Below, piece by piece: positions 7,804 to 16,280 of a stretch of 64,000 nt of DNA. The notes below the pieces were generated by a model, which saw nothing but the letters and a program-made list of their open reading frames with translations, did not search any database and had not been told where the DNA came from. A program made the translations under genes and the position numbers. The stretch comes from Dehalococcoidia bacterium (GTDB lineage: Bacteria; Chloroflexota; Dehalococcoidia; Lucifugimonadales; UBA3495), in assembly GCA_965207585.1 (NCBI GenBank), contig CBDBMT010000002.1, forward strand, positions 244,255 to 308,254. Reading direction: 5' to 3'. How positions within the stretch are numbered: position 1 is the stretch's first letter; each line of letters starts with the position of its first letter.

Positions 7804-9612
7804 TCAGCGGCGTCGGAACTCCTGCTCCAGTCGCAGTGTTGAGATCTGGACGATGGTGGGCCGACCGTGGGGACAGTGGTGGGGCTCGGGCGTTTCGGCC
7901 AACTGGTCGATGACGGCCTGCATCTCATCCACGCTCAGCGTGTCGCCGGCGCGGGTTGCCGAGTGGCATGCGATGGTGGCGGCGATGGCTTGTTGCGGTG
8001 AGCTGATTATTTGCTCTGCGGCGAATTCGTCCAGCAGTTGCTGTAGGACTCGTTCCGGTCCTGGGCAGTGCGGTGCTGTCAGCGGTAAGGGAATGGCGTT
8101 GATCTGCCATGTTAGTTCCCCGAGATGCTGTAGGCTGAACCCCTGTTGCTCGATGAGCGTGAGGTGTTCCACCAGTGCCTCGTGCTGAAACGCGTCGAGA
8201 GTGGCTTGCTCGGGAAGCATCAATTTCTGTGAGTTGTCTGGTTGGTTCGTGCGTTGTCGGAACACGCGGTCGAAGATGACCCGTTCGTGAGCGGCGTGCT
8301 GGTCGAGGATATGTAGTCCGCCTGGGCCTTCTGCAAGGATGAAGGTGCGCTGTGCTTGGCCGATTAGCCGCAGCTGGGGGATGGTGTCTCTGAGGTTGTG
8401 TCCGGCCTGTAGGTCAGTGGTGACGAGTGGGTCGTCTAGTTGCTGTTGACTGCGCCTTTCGCTGTCGTGTCGGGCTGCTGACGGACTGGTGTTGCCGTAG
8501 TCCAGGATGGGGCGGGTGATACCTGGTTCCGGCCTAAATCGGGCGTTGTCCGCTGGCTCCGGGCGGCGGTAGTTTCGTTGACTCGTGCTCGCGAAAGGCC
8601 GGTTGGTCGCTTGGTGGATGACGCCGTGAGCGGAGAGCGCTTCGCGAACGGCGCGCTGGATGGCGGCGAAAATCTTCGACTCGTGGCGGAAGCGAACTTC
8701 CTGCTTGGTTGGGTGCGCGTTCACGTCGACCATATCGGCGGACACCGTCAGGTGGAGCACGGCGACGGGGCGTCGGCCCATGGGCAGGGAGTTGCCGTAG
8801 CCCTGCTCGATGGCGTAGGCAAGGTTGCTGTCTTGCACCCAGCGGCCGTTGACGGTTACTGAGATGTCGTTGCGGTTGGAGCGGTGGATGTCGGTGTTGC
8901 CGACGTAGCCGGAGACATGTGCGTCGTCGGCGTCGAGCAGCACTGGCAGCATTCGAGTGGCCGTGTCGTGGCCCATGATGCTGAGTATGGTTTCCTGGAG
9001 CTTGCCGGTGCCGTTGGTGCGGAAGGTCTCGTTGCCGTCGTTGGAGTACGAGAAGCGCACATGGGGGTAGGCCATGGCGTAGCGAGCCACGACGCGCTGG
9101 GCGTGGGCGGCTTCGGTGGGTTTCGTGCGCAGGAACTTGAGTCTGGCGGGCTGGTTGCCGAACAGGTTCTCGACGGTGATGTTGGCGCCTGCGGCGCTGC
9201 CGGCAGGCCGTGGTGGTCCTTCGCGTATGCCGTACGTGATCCGGTACTGGGTGGCGGCTGCGTCGTTGGCGTTGTACGTCACGCACGTGAGCTTTGAAAC
9301 GGCGGCGATTGACGGCAGGGCTTCGCCCCGGAATCCCAGGGTGTCTATGCTGAGTAGGTCTTCGACGTTGCGCAGCTTTGAGGTGGCGTGTCTCGAGAAT
9401 GCGGTCTCGACCTGATGTGCCGGTATGCCGGTGCCGTTGTCCTGCACTCTGATGAGCTTGGTGCCGCCCTCTTCGATGGCGACTGATATTTTGGTGGCGC
9501 CGGCGTCGATGGCGTTTTCGACCAGTTCCTTTACGACGGAGGCGGGGCGTTCGACGACTTCGCCGGCGGCTATTTGGGCGGCAACGTTGGGAGGTAGAAT
9601 TTGTATGTCCAT
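7804..9612 (-). CDS. mutL: DNA mismatch repair protein MutL
   Basis: N-terminal GHKL ATPase signature MDIQILPPNVAAQIAAGEVVERPASVVKELVENAIDAG. C-terminal ...CPHGRPT... endonuclease-type block. Confidence 0.95.
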   Translation of the reverse strand: MDIQILPPNVAAQIAAGEVVERPASVVKELVENAIDAGATKISVAIEEGGTKLIRVQDNGTGIPAHQVETAFSRHATSKLRNVEDLLSIDTLGFRGEALPSIAAVSKLTCVTYNANDAAATQYRITYGIREGPPRPAGSAAGANITVENLFGNQPARLKFLRTKPTEAAHAQRVVARYAMAYPHVRFSYSNDGNETFRTNGTGKLQETILSIMGHDTATRMLPVLLDADDAHVSGYVGNTDIHRSNRNDISVTVNGRWVQDSNLAYAIEQGYGNSLPMGRRPVAVLHLTVSADMVDVNAHPTKQEVRFRHESKIFAAIQRAVREALSAHGVIHQATNRPFASTSQRNYRRPEPADNARFRPEPGITRPILDYGNTSPSAARHDSERRSQQQLDDPLVTTDLQAGHNLRDTIPQLRLIGQAQRTFILAEGPGGLHILDQHAAHERVIFDRVFRQRTNQPDNSQKLMLPEQATLDAFQHEALVEHLTLIEQQGFSLQHLGELTWQINAIPLPLTAPHCPGPERVLQQLLDEFAAEQIISSPQQAIAATIACHSATRAGDTLSVDEMQAVIDQLAETPEPHHCPHGRPTIVQISTLRLEQEFRRR

Positions 9613-9704
9613 ACTTACTCATTCCTTTCGGAAATCCGGGACTGGAAGAACATCCCGGAGTGTTGTTGCTGAATTAGGTCAATCGGCGTGTCCCGTGCAA
9701 TCGT

Positions 9705-10035
9705 GTTTCAATCCCCACCCGCCCTTCAGGGCGGGTGCTACCGGCGGATTGGAAGCCGTCGCGCTCGCGATTTTGAAGTTTCAATCCTCACCCGCCCGAA
9801 AGGGCGGGTGCTACTGGGTTCCAATCGGCACCGACCCCCTGACCCGCAGGATTGTTTCAATCCTCACCCGCCCGAAAGGGCGGGTGCTACGTCAGGTACC
9901 GGCGGCTTATGGCCGCACTGCAGGCAGTTTCAATCCTCACCCGCCCGAAAGGGCGGGTGCTACACCCGGTGCTGGAGATCGTAACCGTGCCTGTGCCAGT
10001 TTCAATCCTCACCCGCCCGAAAGGGCGGGTGCTAC
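9705..10035 (-). CRISPR. CRISPR array, 5 repeats of 37 nt with 4 spacers (36, 39, 36, 35 nt); type I-C-like repeat
   Basis: Repeats at 9705, 9778, 9854, 9927 and 9999: GTTTCAATCCTCACCCGCCCGAAAGGGCGGGTGCTAC. The minus-strand reading ends in ATTGAAAC. The 9705 repeat is degenerate (trailer end), and the leader is on the cas2 side. Confidence 0.95.
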
Positions 10036-10188
10036 TCCTATTCGGGGTTTTTCTACTTGAACATCGCGAACCTCCTGTTTTCTCGCCGGGCGAGCGTTAA
10101 AATTCACGGTTTTCGTCGCGTCGATTTAGTACGGCGTAAGCACGAACGCGAACCTCCTGCTTGAAAGGGCAATCGCAACGGGTTCGCG
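10036..10188 (-). promoter_or_regulatory. CRISPR leader
   Basis: Lies between the cas2 stop and the first repeat. Carries a direct repeat of CGCGAACCTCCTG at 10064 and 10146 (minus-strand reading CAGGAGGTTCGCG). Confidence 0.6.
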
Positions 10189-10488
10189 TCACACCAGCAG
10201 CGGACCGCTGAAGTCGATCACATTGCTGATTCCGTATTCCTCGACCCGGTGCTTGCGCCCGCCGGGAATCTTGTAGAACCGGATGCTGTCTTCGTTCTCG
10301 TCCATGATGTCGAGCAGATTGGCCTTCATTTCGATGAAAGTCGTGTCGCTGACCGTGCATTCAAAAACTGACTTCTGGACCCGCTGGCCGTAGTCTTCAC
10401 AAGTTTTCGCTACCCGCCGCAGGCGCGCACGGCCCTCGGTAGTTTCGGTACTGACGTCGTATGTAACCAGAACCCACATTGCGTTCAC
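10189..10488 (-). CDS. cas2: CRISPR-associated endoribonuclease Cas2
   Basis: MWVLVTYDVSTETTEGRARLRRVAKTCEDYGQRVQKSVFEC is a typical Cas2 N-terminus. Overlaps the cas1 stop by 4 nt. Confidence 0.9.
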   Translation of the reverse strand: MNAMWVLVTYDVSTETTEGRARLRRVAKTCEDYGQRVQKSVFECTVSDTTFIEMKANLLDIMDENEDSIRFYKIPGGRKHRVEEYGISNVIDFSGPLLV

Positions 10489-11519
10489 CGGGACACGAAG
10501 GCGGGATAATGTTGCAGGTCTCCACGCAGATGACGTGCCAGCAATCGGGCTTGCAGATGCGGCAAAAGCCCAATGGGCGTCTTGCGTTGCGCCACTGGAT
10601 GCGTGATCTCTTCCGCCTTCCGTTTCTGATAATTCGTTAGCAATGTCTTTCGACCTTCCTCGGTGAGAGAGACACCACCGCCCAGGCTGGTTTCGAAGTG
10701 CTCGGAGTTCAGTTGGCGCCGGTTGATCAGCGTCAACGCCAAGCGGTCGGCCAAGAATGACCGAAACTCCTCCATCAGGTCAAGCGCGAGTGATGGGCGA
10801 CCAGGGCGGACCGCATGGAGAAAACCGATTTGGGGGTCCAAGCCGACACCTTCGCAAGCGGCTTGGCATTCCGCCCGGACCAGCGCGTAAAGGAACGACA
10901 GCATGGCGTTGATGGGGTCCCGAGGTGGGCGCCTGTTTCTGCCGTCGAATTTGAAAGCCGGATCCGGCGCGCGTATCAGGTGGTCGAAAGCTGAGAAGTA
11001 CACCGCGCCGGCGCGACCCTCGTTGCCGCGGATCTCGTTCAGGGTGCCTGCCTTCTCCAAGTCACCGATGGTGTCCGCCATGTACTTTGCGGCTTGCCGC
11101 AGCTCGGCCTCTGATTCAGTTTCCCGGGTCTGACGCGCCTCTCTCATCAGGAGTGAGCGGCCGTTCTGCACCTTGGCAGCCACGATGTTTCGGGCGATGG
11201 CGGCGGAGCGTTCGTGGTCCTGATACGCTTCATGCTGCGCCAGCCGGAGCAGTACGTTTCCCGAAGTCGGACCTACTACTTTAGCCCGAAAGCGACCGCT
11301 GCGGCTGAGAAAGACCAGATCGCGCTGGTCTTCGGCGCATTGCGCCATGGCGGCCGGGGACACGCTTACTCTGCCGAAGCAGACCACGGCTCCCAGGTGG
11401 TGCACCGGGACCTGTAGGAGCGTCGCGCCGTCCGCTTCGACTTTGAGAGTGCGGTGGTCGACGTGTACGTAGGCCCCTTGGGTGGAGACGTACAGGGTGT
11501 TGAGTAGTTCGTGGGCCAC
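10485..11519 (-). CDS. cas1: CRISPR-associated endonuclease Cas1 (I-C type)
   Basis: LLNTLYVSTQGAYVHVDHRTLKVE... is Cas1-like. A GTG at 11519 is preceded by GAGGA, while the longer ORF to 11603 adds a non-Cas1-like basic extension. Confidence 0.88.
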   Translation of the reverse strand: MAHELLNTLYVSTQGAYVHVDHRTLKVEADGATLLQVPVHHLGAVVCFGRVSVSPAAMAQCAEDQRDLVFLSRSGRFRAKVVGPTSGNVLLRLAQHEAYQDHERSAAIARNIVAAKVQNGRSLLMREARQTRETESEAELRQAAKYMADTIGDLEKAGTLNEIRGNEGRAGAVYFSAFDHLIRAPDPAFKFDGRNRRPPRDPINAMLSFLYALVRAECQAACEGVGLDPQIGFLHAVRPGRPSLALDLMEEFRSFLADRLALTLINRRQLNSEHFETSLGGGVSLTEEGRKTLLTNYQKRKAEEITHPVAQRKTPIGLLPHLQARLLARHLRGDLQHYPAFVSR

Positions 11520-11571
11520 GGTGTTTTCCTCGGTGGGAGGCGGGCGTCTTTTGGCCCATTGCCGACACGGA

Positions 11572-12219
11572 TTACGAGATGGGCTCTTCCATTGTGATTG
11601 CAAACAACTGAGCTTGGTACCGCCGGTTTCTTTCCTGTTCTGACACCACGAACGGCAAGCAGGATTCTACCAGGGAGCAATTTCGGCACCGAGCATCGGC
11701 TACCGCTGGCGGTAGCGTGGAGGCATTCATCATCTGCCGGATTGCCGACACTGCCTTTTTTACTTGCTCACGCAGCGAGGATGTGAATTCGACCTCGCGT
11801 CGTTGCCGGGAGGAGAAGTGATACACGGCGCCCGTTGGAACCTCGACGGCGAGCATTTCTTCAAGGCAAACGGCTTGGCCGCAGAGCTGGAGGTCGGCGT
11901 GGTTGCCGTGGCGTGCCGGGCCGTGCTTGTATTCCACGGGGTACGGAGTGGTGCCGTGGAACTCCACGACGTCAGCTTTACCCAGCAATCGCAGTGAGTC
12001 GGACCACAGCGGCACGGCGTATTCGGTACGTACGCCGTCGATTGTTGCAACGCCGGATTGATCGACCCTCTCGTGTACTGCGTTGCCGCGGAGTGTGTAC
12101 ACGTTCTCGTCGTAGGTCTGCTCCCGGTGAATCAGTGCGCACTGTCGCGGGCAGTAACTGTAATGCTCCAGCATCGACAGCAGGATGTAGTCGTCAAAGT
12201 CCGACACCGGTGCCTCCAT
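11572..12219 (-). CDS. cas4: CRISPR-associated exonuclease Cas4
   Basis: YSYCPRQCALIH and CRNCSLVESC give the four-Cys cluster, together with a RecB-like core. GGAGGA lies 5 nt before the ATG at 12219. Confidence 0.9.
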   Translation of the reverse strand: MEAPVSDFDDYILLSMLEHYSYCPRQCALIHREQTYDENVYTLRGNAVHERVDQSGVATIDGVRTEYAVPLWSDSLRLLGKADVVEFHGTTPYPVEYKHGPARHGNHADLQLCGQAVCLEEMLAVEVPTGAVYHFSSRQRREVEFTSSLREQVKKAVSAIRQMMNASTLPPAVADARCRNCSLVESCLPFVVSEQERNRRYQAQLFAITMEEPIS

Positions 12220-12324
12220 CGTTGTCCTCCACATTGGCAGTATGTCGACGGGTCAGGCGTCAATCCTGGCGACGCTGACTCCCGTTGGCAGGTCGGTTTC
12301 ATCCAGCGTCACCGAGTAGTCGGC

Positions 12325-12361
12325 GTTTCAATCCTCGCCCGGTCAACGGACCGGGCGCAAG
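12325..12361 (-). repeat. solitary divergent CRISPR repeat in the cas7-cas4 intergenic region
   Basis: GTTTCAATCCTCGCCCGGTCAACGGACCGGGCGCAAG. The first 12 nt are identical to the array repeat. The stem is replaced by a different self-complementary pair, CGCCCGGTC/GACCGGGCG. Confidence 0.75.
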
Positions 12362-12447
12362 TGTTGTGAATCGGCGAGTTGATGGGCAACTCTCTTTTCG
12401 CTTCGCGGTTGCGTGTCTCCCTGTCTGTTTCAGGGAAATTGGGATGT

Positions 12448-13344
12448 TTAGCATTCCAGTTGGGTGAGTTTGACGCCGTTTGGCAGATCATCAGCGTCAA
12501 TGGAAATCGTGTAGTCAGTGAATCGGCGCGGCGCGGTCGTTTCATCTTTCCGTTGCACGGCCAGCCGCTCAAAAAGTCGGTGGACCGGGGCGTTGCCCAG
12601 CGGGCTCTCATGGGAAAAGATGTACAGCCCTCGACAGGCCATCAGGCCCCGGGACGAGGATCGGTCAATGTCCCACATATTGGTCAACGCGGTCCAGAGC
12701 AAGGCAAGGTCGTCGGAGTCCACACCCGTTTGTTTGGCGAAGTGTGGGTTGAAAAATCCGTAGCCTTGGTAAAGGCCATAGGGCACGGTGGACTTGCGGC
12801 CCAGTGTGCCGTGGGTGGGCGCTTCTTGGTCGTTTTCCTCATTTGCGGCCCCGCGCTCTCCGCGGTTTTCCAAAGCGACCCTGGCGATGGTCGAATCCAT
12901 GGCGAGAATGGGGTCTATCGAGCGGGAGAACGTTAGCTGCACTGGGCCGCGCACCTGACCGGCGTTGCGCTCGCGCATACTCATCACAGCGCCGAACATC
13001 CGAATGTCGTAGAATTGTTCGCACAACCACGGTTGGGCCTGCCGCGGCGTGGGGGCGTCGTTGTCGCCGCGCTTTTCATCGAAGACACGGCCCCGGGTCT
13101 CGGTGAGGTAGGTTTCCCGTTGGACGTAAATCTTGTACCGGGATTCATCCCCGCGGGCGACGTGCACGTAGTCCCTGACCTTGCGTTTGAGGGACACGTC
13201 CGTGACGATGCCCTGCATGGTTTCGGGATCCATCCGGGGTTGGTTGCCGGCGTCCGGGTCACCGTTGGGGTTGCCGTCCTGCACGTCGAACAGGATGATG
13301 AAATCGTGGCGTCGGCTGACGTCACAGTGGGGTTGTGTGCTCAT
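12448..13344 (-). CDS. cas7: type I-C Cascade subunit Cas7 (Csd2)
   Basis: FDVQDGNPNGDPDAGNQPRMDPETMQGIVTDVSLKRKVRDY is the Csd2 hallmark block. Confidence 0.9.
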   Translation of the reverse strand: MSTQPHCDVSRRHDFIILFDVQDGNPNGDPDAGNQPRMDPETMQGIVTDVSLKRKVRDYVHVARGDESRYKIYVQRETYLTETRGRVFDEKRGDNDAPTPRQAQPWLCEQFYDIRMFGAVMSMRERNAGQVRGPVQLTFSRSIDPILAMDSTIARVALENRGERGAANEENDQEAPTHGTLGRKSTVPYGLYQGYGFFNPHFAKQTGVDSDDLALLWTALTNMWDIDRSSSRGLMACRGLYIFSHESPLGNAPVHRLFERLAVQRKDETTAPRRFTDYTISIDADDLPNGVKLTQLEC

Positions 13345-13365
13345 GCGATTGCGCTCCTTGGACGC

Positions 13366-15069
13366 TTATTCCGCGTCGGGTTCGTTGCCATTATCATCCC
13401 GCTGCGCGTTCCGCCGCGCGGTGGCTTCTTGGGCCTGCCGGCTGTTATCGGCACGTTGGTGGTAGTAGCCGAGGGCGAAGAGTCCCTGCTGTTCCAGGTT
13501 CAGCGTCCTTGGGAACCCGTCCAGGCTGGACATGATTTCTTCCATGTCGGCCTCAATGGCTACGCGTGCGCTCCGCCGGTCCCGGTTCAGCGTGTGCAGA
13601 TGTGCCCGCACTCCTTTGAGCAGAAGTGGGAACACTGCTCCGGGCGCGGTGGACGCCGTACCGTAGTACCGGTCGGCAATGGTTGCGTTGACGTTGCGTA
13701 TCGCCGTGGTTTGGGCGCGCTCGAGCACGTTGAAGAGCCGCCCGCAGAGGTAGCCTGGATCCGAGTTCTCTCTGTCGACTTCCACCATGTGGTCCTCCCG
13801 ATGGTCGTATTGCTGCCTCTGGCTGAGCAGCGCCAGCTTGATCAGAGCGGCGCGTGGTCTGGTTACTCTGCGTTCCGCTTGGCAGCGGCGGATCGCCTGC
13901 TGGAGTATTTGGCTTGGCACGGGCTCTCCGCCGAACGCCGTTTTGATGAGGGCACGGGGCGTCGTAACCGGGAGGTCTTTGCGATCCCTGACAGTAGCGT
14001 TGGCCAGCGACGTGACCCCGTAGTATCGGTTCTCGTTGTCATAGCCGGGTGCGACCTGCTGGCGTTGGAACCACAGCGCTAGGTTTTCTTTGACATTCCT
14101 CACGGTGGTGTTGAGCCAGTCGCGGACCACCGCTCGTCCGCCGGCCGCGGACAGCGACAGCGCGTAGAAGTCGGCTTCGTCAAGGTCGGCCCAGCGTCCG
14201 CGCCGCGCTGATTCGAGCAAGGCTTGGACGTGCTGCGGGTCCGGTGTGGACATCATCGTGAGGAAGTCGAAGTCGTGAGTTTCTCGGGTCCAGAAGACGA
14301 AGGCGCCGTTGCCGGTTCTGAACCGGGTGGAGTCGCCGGACAGCAGGTCGTTGAGCCCCCGGGTGAAGCCTTCCGCACATTCCTGGCAGATCGGAGCTAC
14401 TTGCGAAGCTTGAAGGCCATAGGACTCGAAGGCGTCGCTGTTCGCCGAGATGATGCTGGTGCCGGAGGTTTGCCCGCCCGGGATGCCCTTGACCTTGGAT
14501 TGCAGACGCTCCAGTACAGGGCGATTTTCGCCGCAGACCAGGCATTGCATCGTCGCGCCGTCCGGTTCGTTGATGGCGGCCCAGAACCGTTGCACCGCCG
14601 GGTTGTCGATCACGTACCGGCCTTCAACCTGGAACGTGATGATACCGCCGTTGTCAAAATCGTCTTCGAGTTCGAGATTTTGCAAGGGCTCGTTCTTGAG
14701 GAAGTGCAGAACCGCCAAGACGTCCGGTTCTTCGGTTTCGGTGCCGCAGCGCTCCACCAAATCGACGTAGGCGGCGTGTGCTTTCTGGGCTCGGTCAAGC
14801 TGTTTTGCGCTCTTGGGAAGCCCCAGCGTGTAGTCGGACGGGCTGGCCAACAGCAATGGCCGGATGCCCGACGTGCGCTGCACCTGTGGCAGTAGCCTCC
14901 GCCTTCCTCGCCGGTTGCGGGGTGTCGAAGGGTCGCTCACAATCAGCCGCCGGCTGCGGCACTCGCCGTTGGGATCCAGCGGAATAACGTAGCGCAGAGC
15001 GCCCTCGGCGTAGAGTTTGGGCGCTGCCGTTTCGTTCCTTTGGGCGTATTCGACCAGTTTGTCCAGCAT
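13366..15069 (-). CDS. cas8c: type I-C large subunit Cas8c (Csd1)
   Basis: Position between cas5 and cas7, size of 567 aa, and Csd1-like N-terminus MLDKLVEYAQR. An internal GGAGG-ATG at 13788 could give a Cas11c-like product. Confidence 0.85.
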   Translation of the reverse strand: MLDKLVEYAQRNETAAPKLYAEGALRYVIPLDPNGECRSRRLIVSDPSTPRNRRGRRRLLPQVQRTSGIRPLLLASPSDYTLGLPKSAKQLDRAQKAHAAYVDLVERCGTETEEPDVLAVLHFLKNEPLQNLELEDDFDNGGIITFQVEGRYVIDNPAVQRFWAAINEPDGATMQCLVCGENRPVLERLQSKVKGIPGGQTSGTSIISANSDAFESYGLQASQVAPICQECAEGFTRGLNDLLSGDSTRFRTGNGAFVFWTRETHDFDFLTMMSTPDPQHVQALLESARRGRWADLDEADFYALSLSAAGGRAVVRDWLNTTVRNVKENLALWFQRQQVAPGYDNENRYYGVTSLANATVRDRKDLPVTTPRALIKTAFGGEPVPSQILQQAIRRCQAERRVTRPRAALIKLALLSQRQQYDHREDHMVEVDRENSDPGYLCGRLFNVLERAQTTAIRNVNATIADRYYGTASTAPGAVFPLLLKGVRAHLHTLNRDRRSARVAIEADMEEIMSSLDGFPRTLNLEQQGLFALGYYHQRADNSRQAQEATARRNAQRDDNGNEPDAE

Positions 15070-15070
15070 T

Positions 15071-15727
15071 TCACCCCTCCTGCTCCGACGAGTGGGGTAT
15101 ACGCAATACGCCCTGCTCCAGCCGCGCGTTGAAGAATCTCGGCGTGGCGGCGCCGTTGCTCTGGGGATCGTAGGTCAAGTCCAGCAGCATGCTGCCCAAT
15201 TCTTCGGTAACGTCGATGGGGGTTTCCGTTCCGTCCGGTACGGAAAACCTGGCCCAGAACTCGCGGCAGCCCAGGTAGGGAATGGCGAAGCATCGCCCGG
15301 AGTTCACCCTGCGCCGGAATTGGTCACGGTACTTGGCAGGGTCTTCGGATCCGTTCTTAACCACGATTTGCGCCTTGATGATGTAAGCGACGTCGCGGAG
15401 GGCAAGGGTGTGCCTTTGAGCTCGGTTCCTGCTGTCGGCAGCGTCAAAACCGCCGCCTTCTCGTTGCCACCGCCGCGCGGTTTGAACGGTCTGGCGCGAG
15501 CGGATTTCGTTGCGGACGACGGACGCGTACCGGATGGGCTCCAGCACTTGGATTTCCTCAATCTGCCAGGTGAACTCCGGCTTCCAGCAAATCGCTTCCA
15601 GCACTCCTTTTGCCGCCGTTGGCGTCATCATCGGGTACGAGACGCGCTCCACTTTCATCTCCGGTCTGGTGAAGCAGGCGAATTCGCCCTCAACTTTGAC
15701 CGTCAGCGGTGGGTAATCTGGTTTCAT
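15071..15727 (-). CDS. cas5: type I-C Cas5 (Cas5d, pre-crRNA processing subunit)
   Basis: KVEGEFACFTRPEMKVERVSYPMMTPTAAKGVLEAICWKPEFTWQIEEIQVL is a canonical Cas5d N-terminus. Confidence 0.9.
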   Translation of the reverse strand: MKPDYPPLTVKVEGEFACFTRPEMKVERVSYPMMTPTAAKGVLEAICWKPEFTWQIEEIQVLEPIRYASVVRNEIRSRQTVQTARRWQREGGGFDAADSRNRAQRHTLALRDVAYIIKAQIVVKNGSEDPAKYRDQFRRRVNSGRCFAIPYLGCREFWARFSVPDGTETPIDVTEELGSMLLDLTYDPQSNGAATPRFFNARLEQGVLRIPHSSEQEG

Positions 15728-16257
15728 GCTTGCTGGTTCCCTCGTGCCTTATCTGCCACGTAGTTGACGGCTCTCGTCCCGGCGAAATAGGCGAAGTAAG
15801 CGCTTTCGAGCCTTTTGCCTTGGAGGTATCGCCAATCCTCGAAGTCTCGATTGTGGTCCAGTACGAACTCCTTGAAGGTCATCATCGCTGTCTCCGGTGC
15901 TATGGTCCACTTTTTCCATGACTCTTCAATCTCTTGCTTGGTGTCGCGTGGTAGGTCTTCATATAGTCTTTCCAGGTCGTGGATATGGCGAAACTTTCTT
16001 CCAAGCGCTTGGTAGATCCCCTTGAGTGCGCATTCAAGCGCAAAAGCCTGCATGGTGCAGTTGATGATCCCTTTCCCGACTGTGACTTCGTCCTCTGTCG
16101 TGGCGGCGTTTCCTACTGTGCCGATCTCCGTGGTGCAGACTCGGTAGTACTCAAGCGTACCCGCTATCGACTTGGAGATGAAAGTCATGTCCGCCTCTCC
16201 GTCCGGCATGATGTCGAACCTGATTGTGGTCTCTCCTGCGGGTTGTTGGGTAGCCAT
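15724..16257 (-). CDS. HEPN-domain-like protein embedded in the cas operon (177 aa)
   Basis: The ATG at 16257 lies 23 nt after the cas3 stop, and its TGA overlaps the cas5 ATG (ATGA). ALECALKGIYQALGRKFRHIHDLERLYEDL fits the Rx4-6H spacing, and a distal DWRY is present. The block is shared with the HEPN part of 51863..52741. Confidence 0.6.
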   Translation of the reverse strand: MATQQPAGETTIRFDIMPDGEADMTFISKSIAGTLEYYRVCTTEIGTVGNAATTEDEVTVGKGIINCTMQAFALECALKGIYQALGRKFRHIHDLERLYEDLPRDTKQEIEESWKKWTIAPETAMMTFKEFVLDHNRDFEDWRYLQGKRLESAYFAYFAGTRAVNYVADKARGNQQA

Positions 16258-16280
16258 GTTTACCTCTCTGTTCTGGCCGC

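Noticed and set aside
8534-9622. 362-aa alternative-frame ORF within mutL
   Set aside because: It is extremely Arg/His/Pro-rich, an off-frame artefact. The MutL frame carries the diagnostic motifs.
9742-9998. Possible self-targeting of the four spacers against the mobile elements in this window
   Set aside because: I found no convincing match by eye. The best was a roughly 10-nt coincidence near 21240. A proper BLASTN of the spacers against the genome and viral databases is required before any claim.
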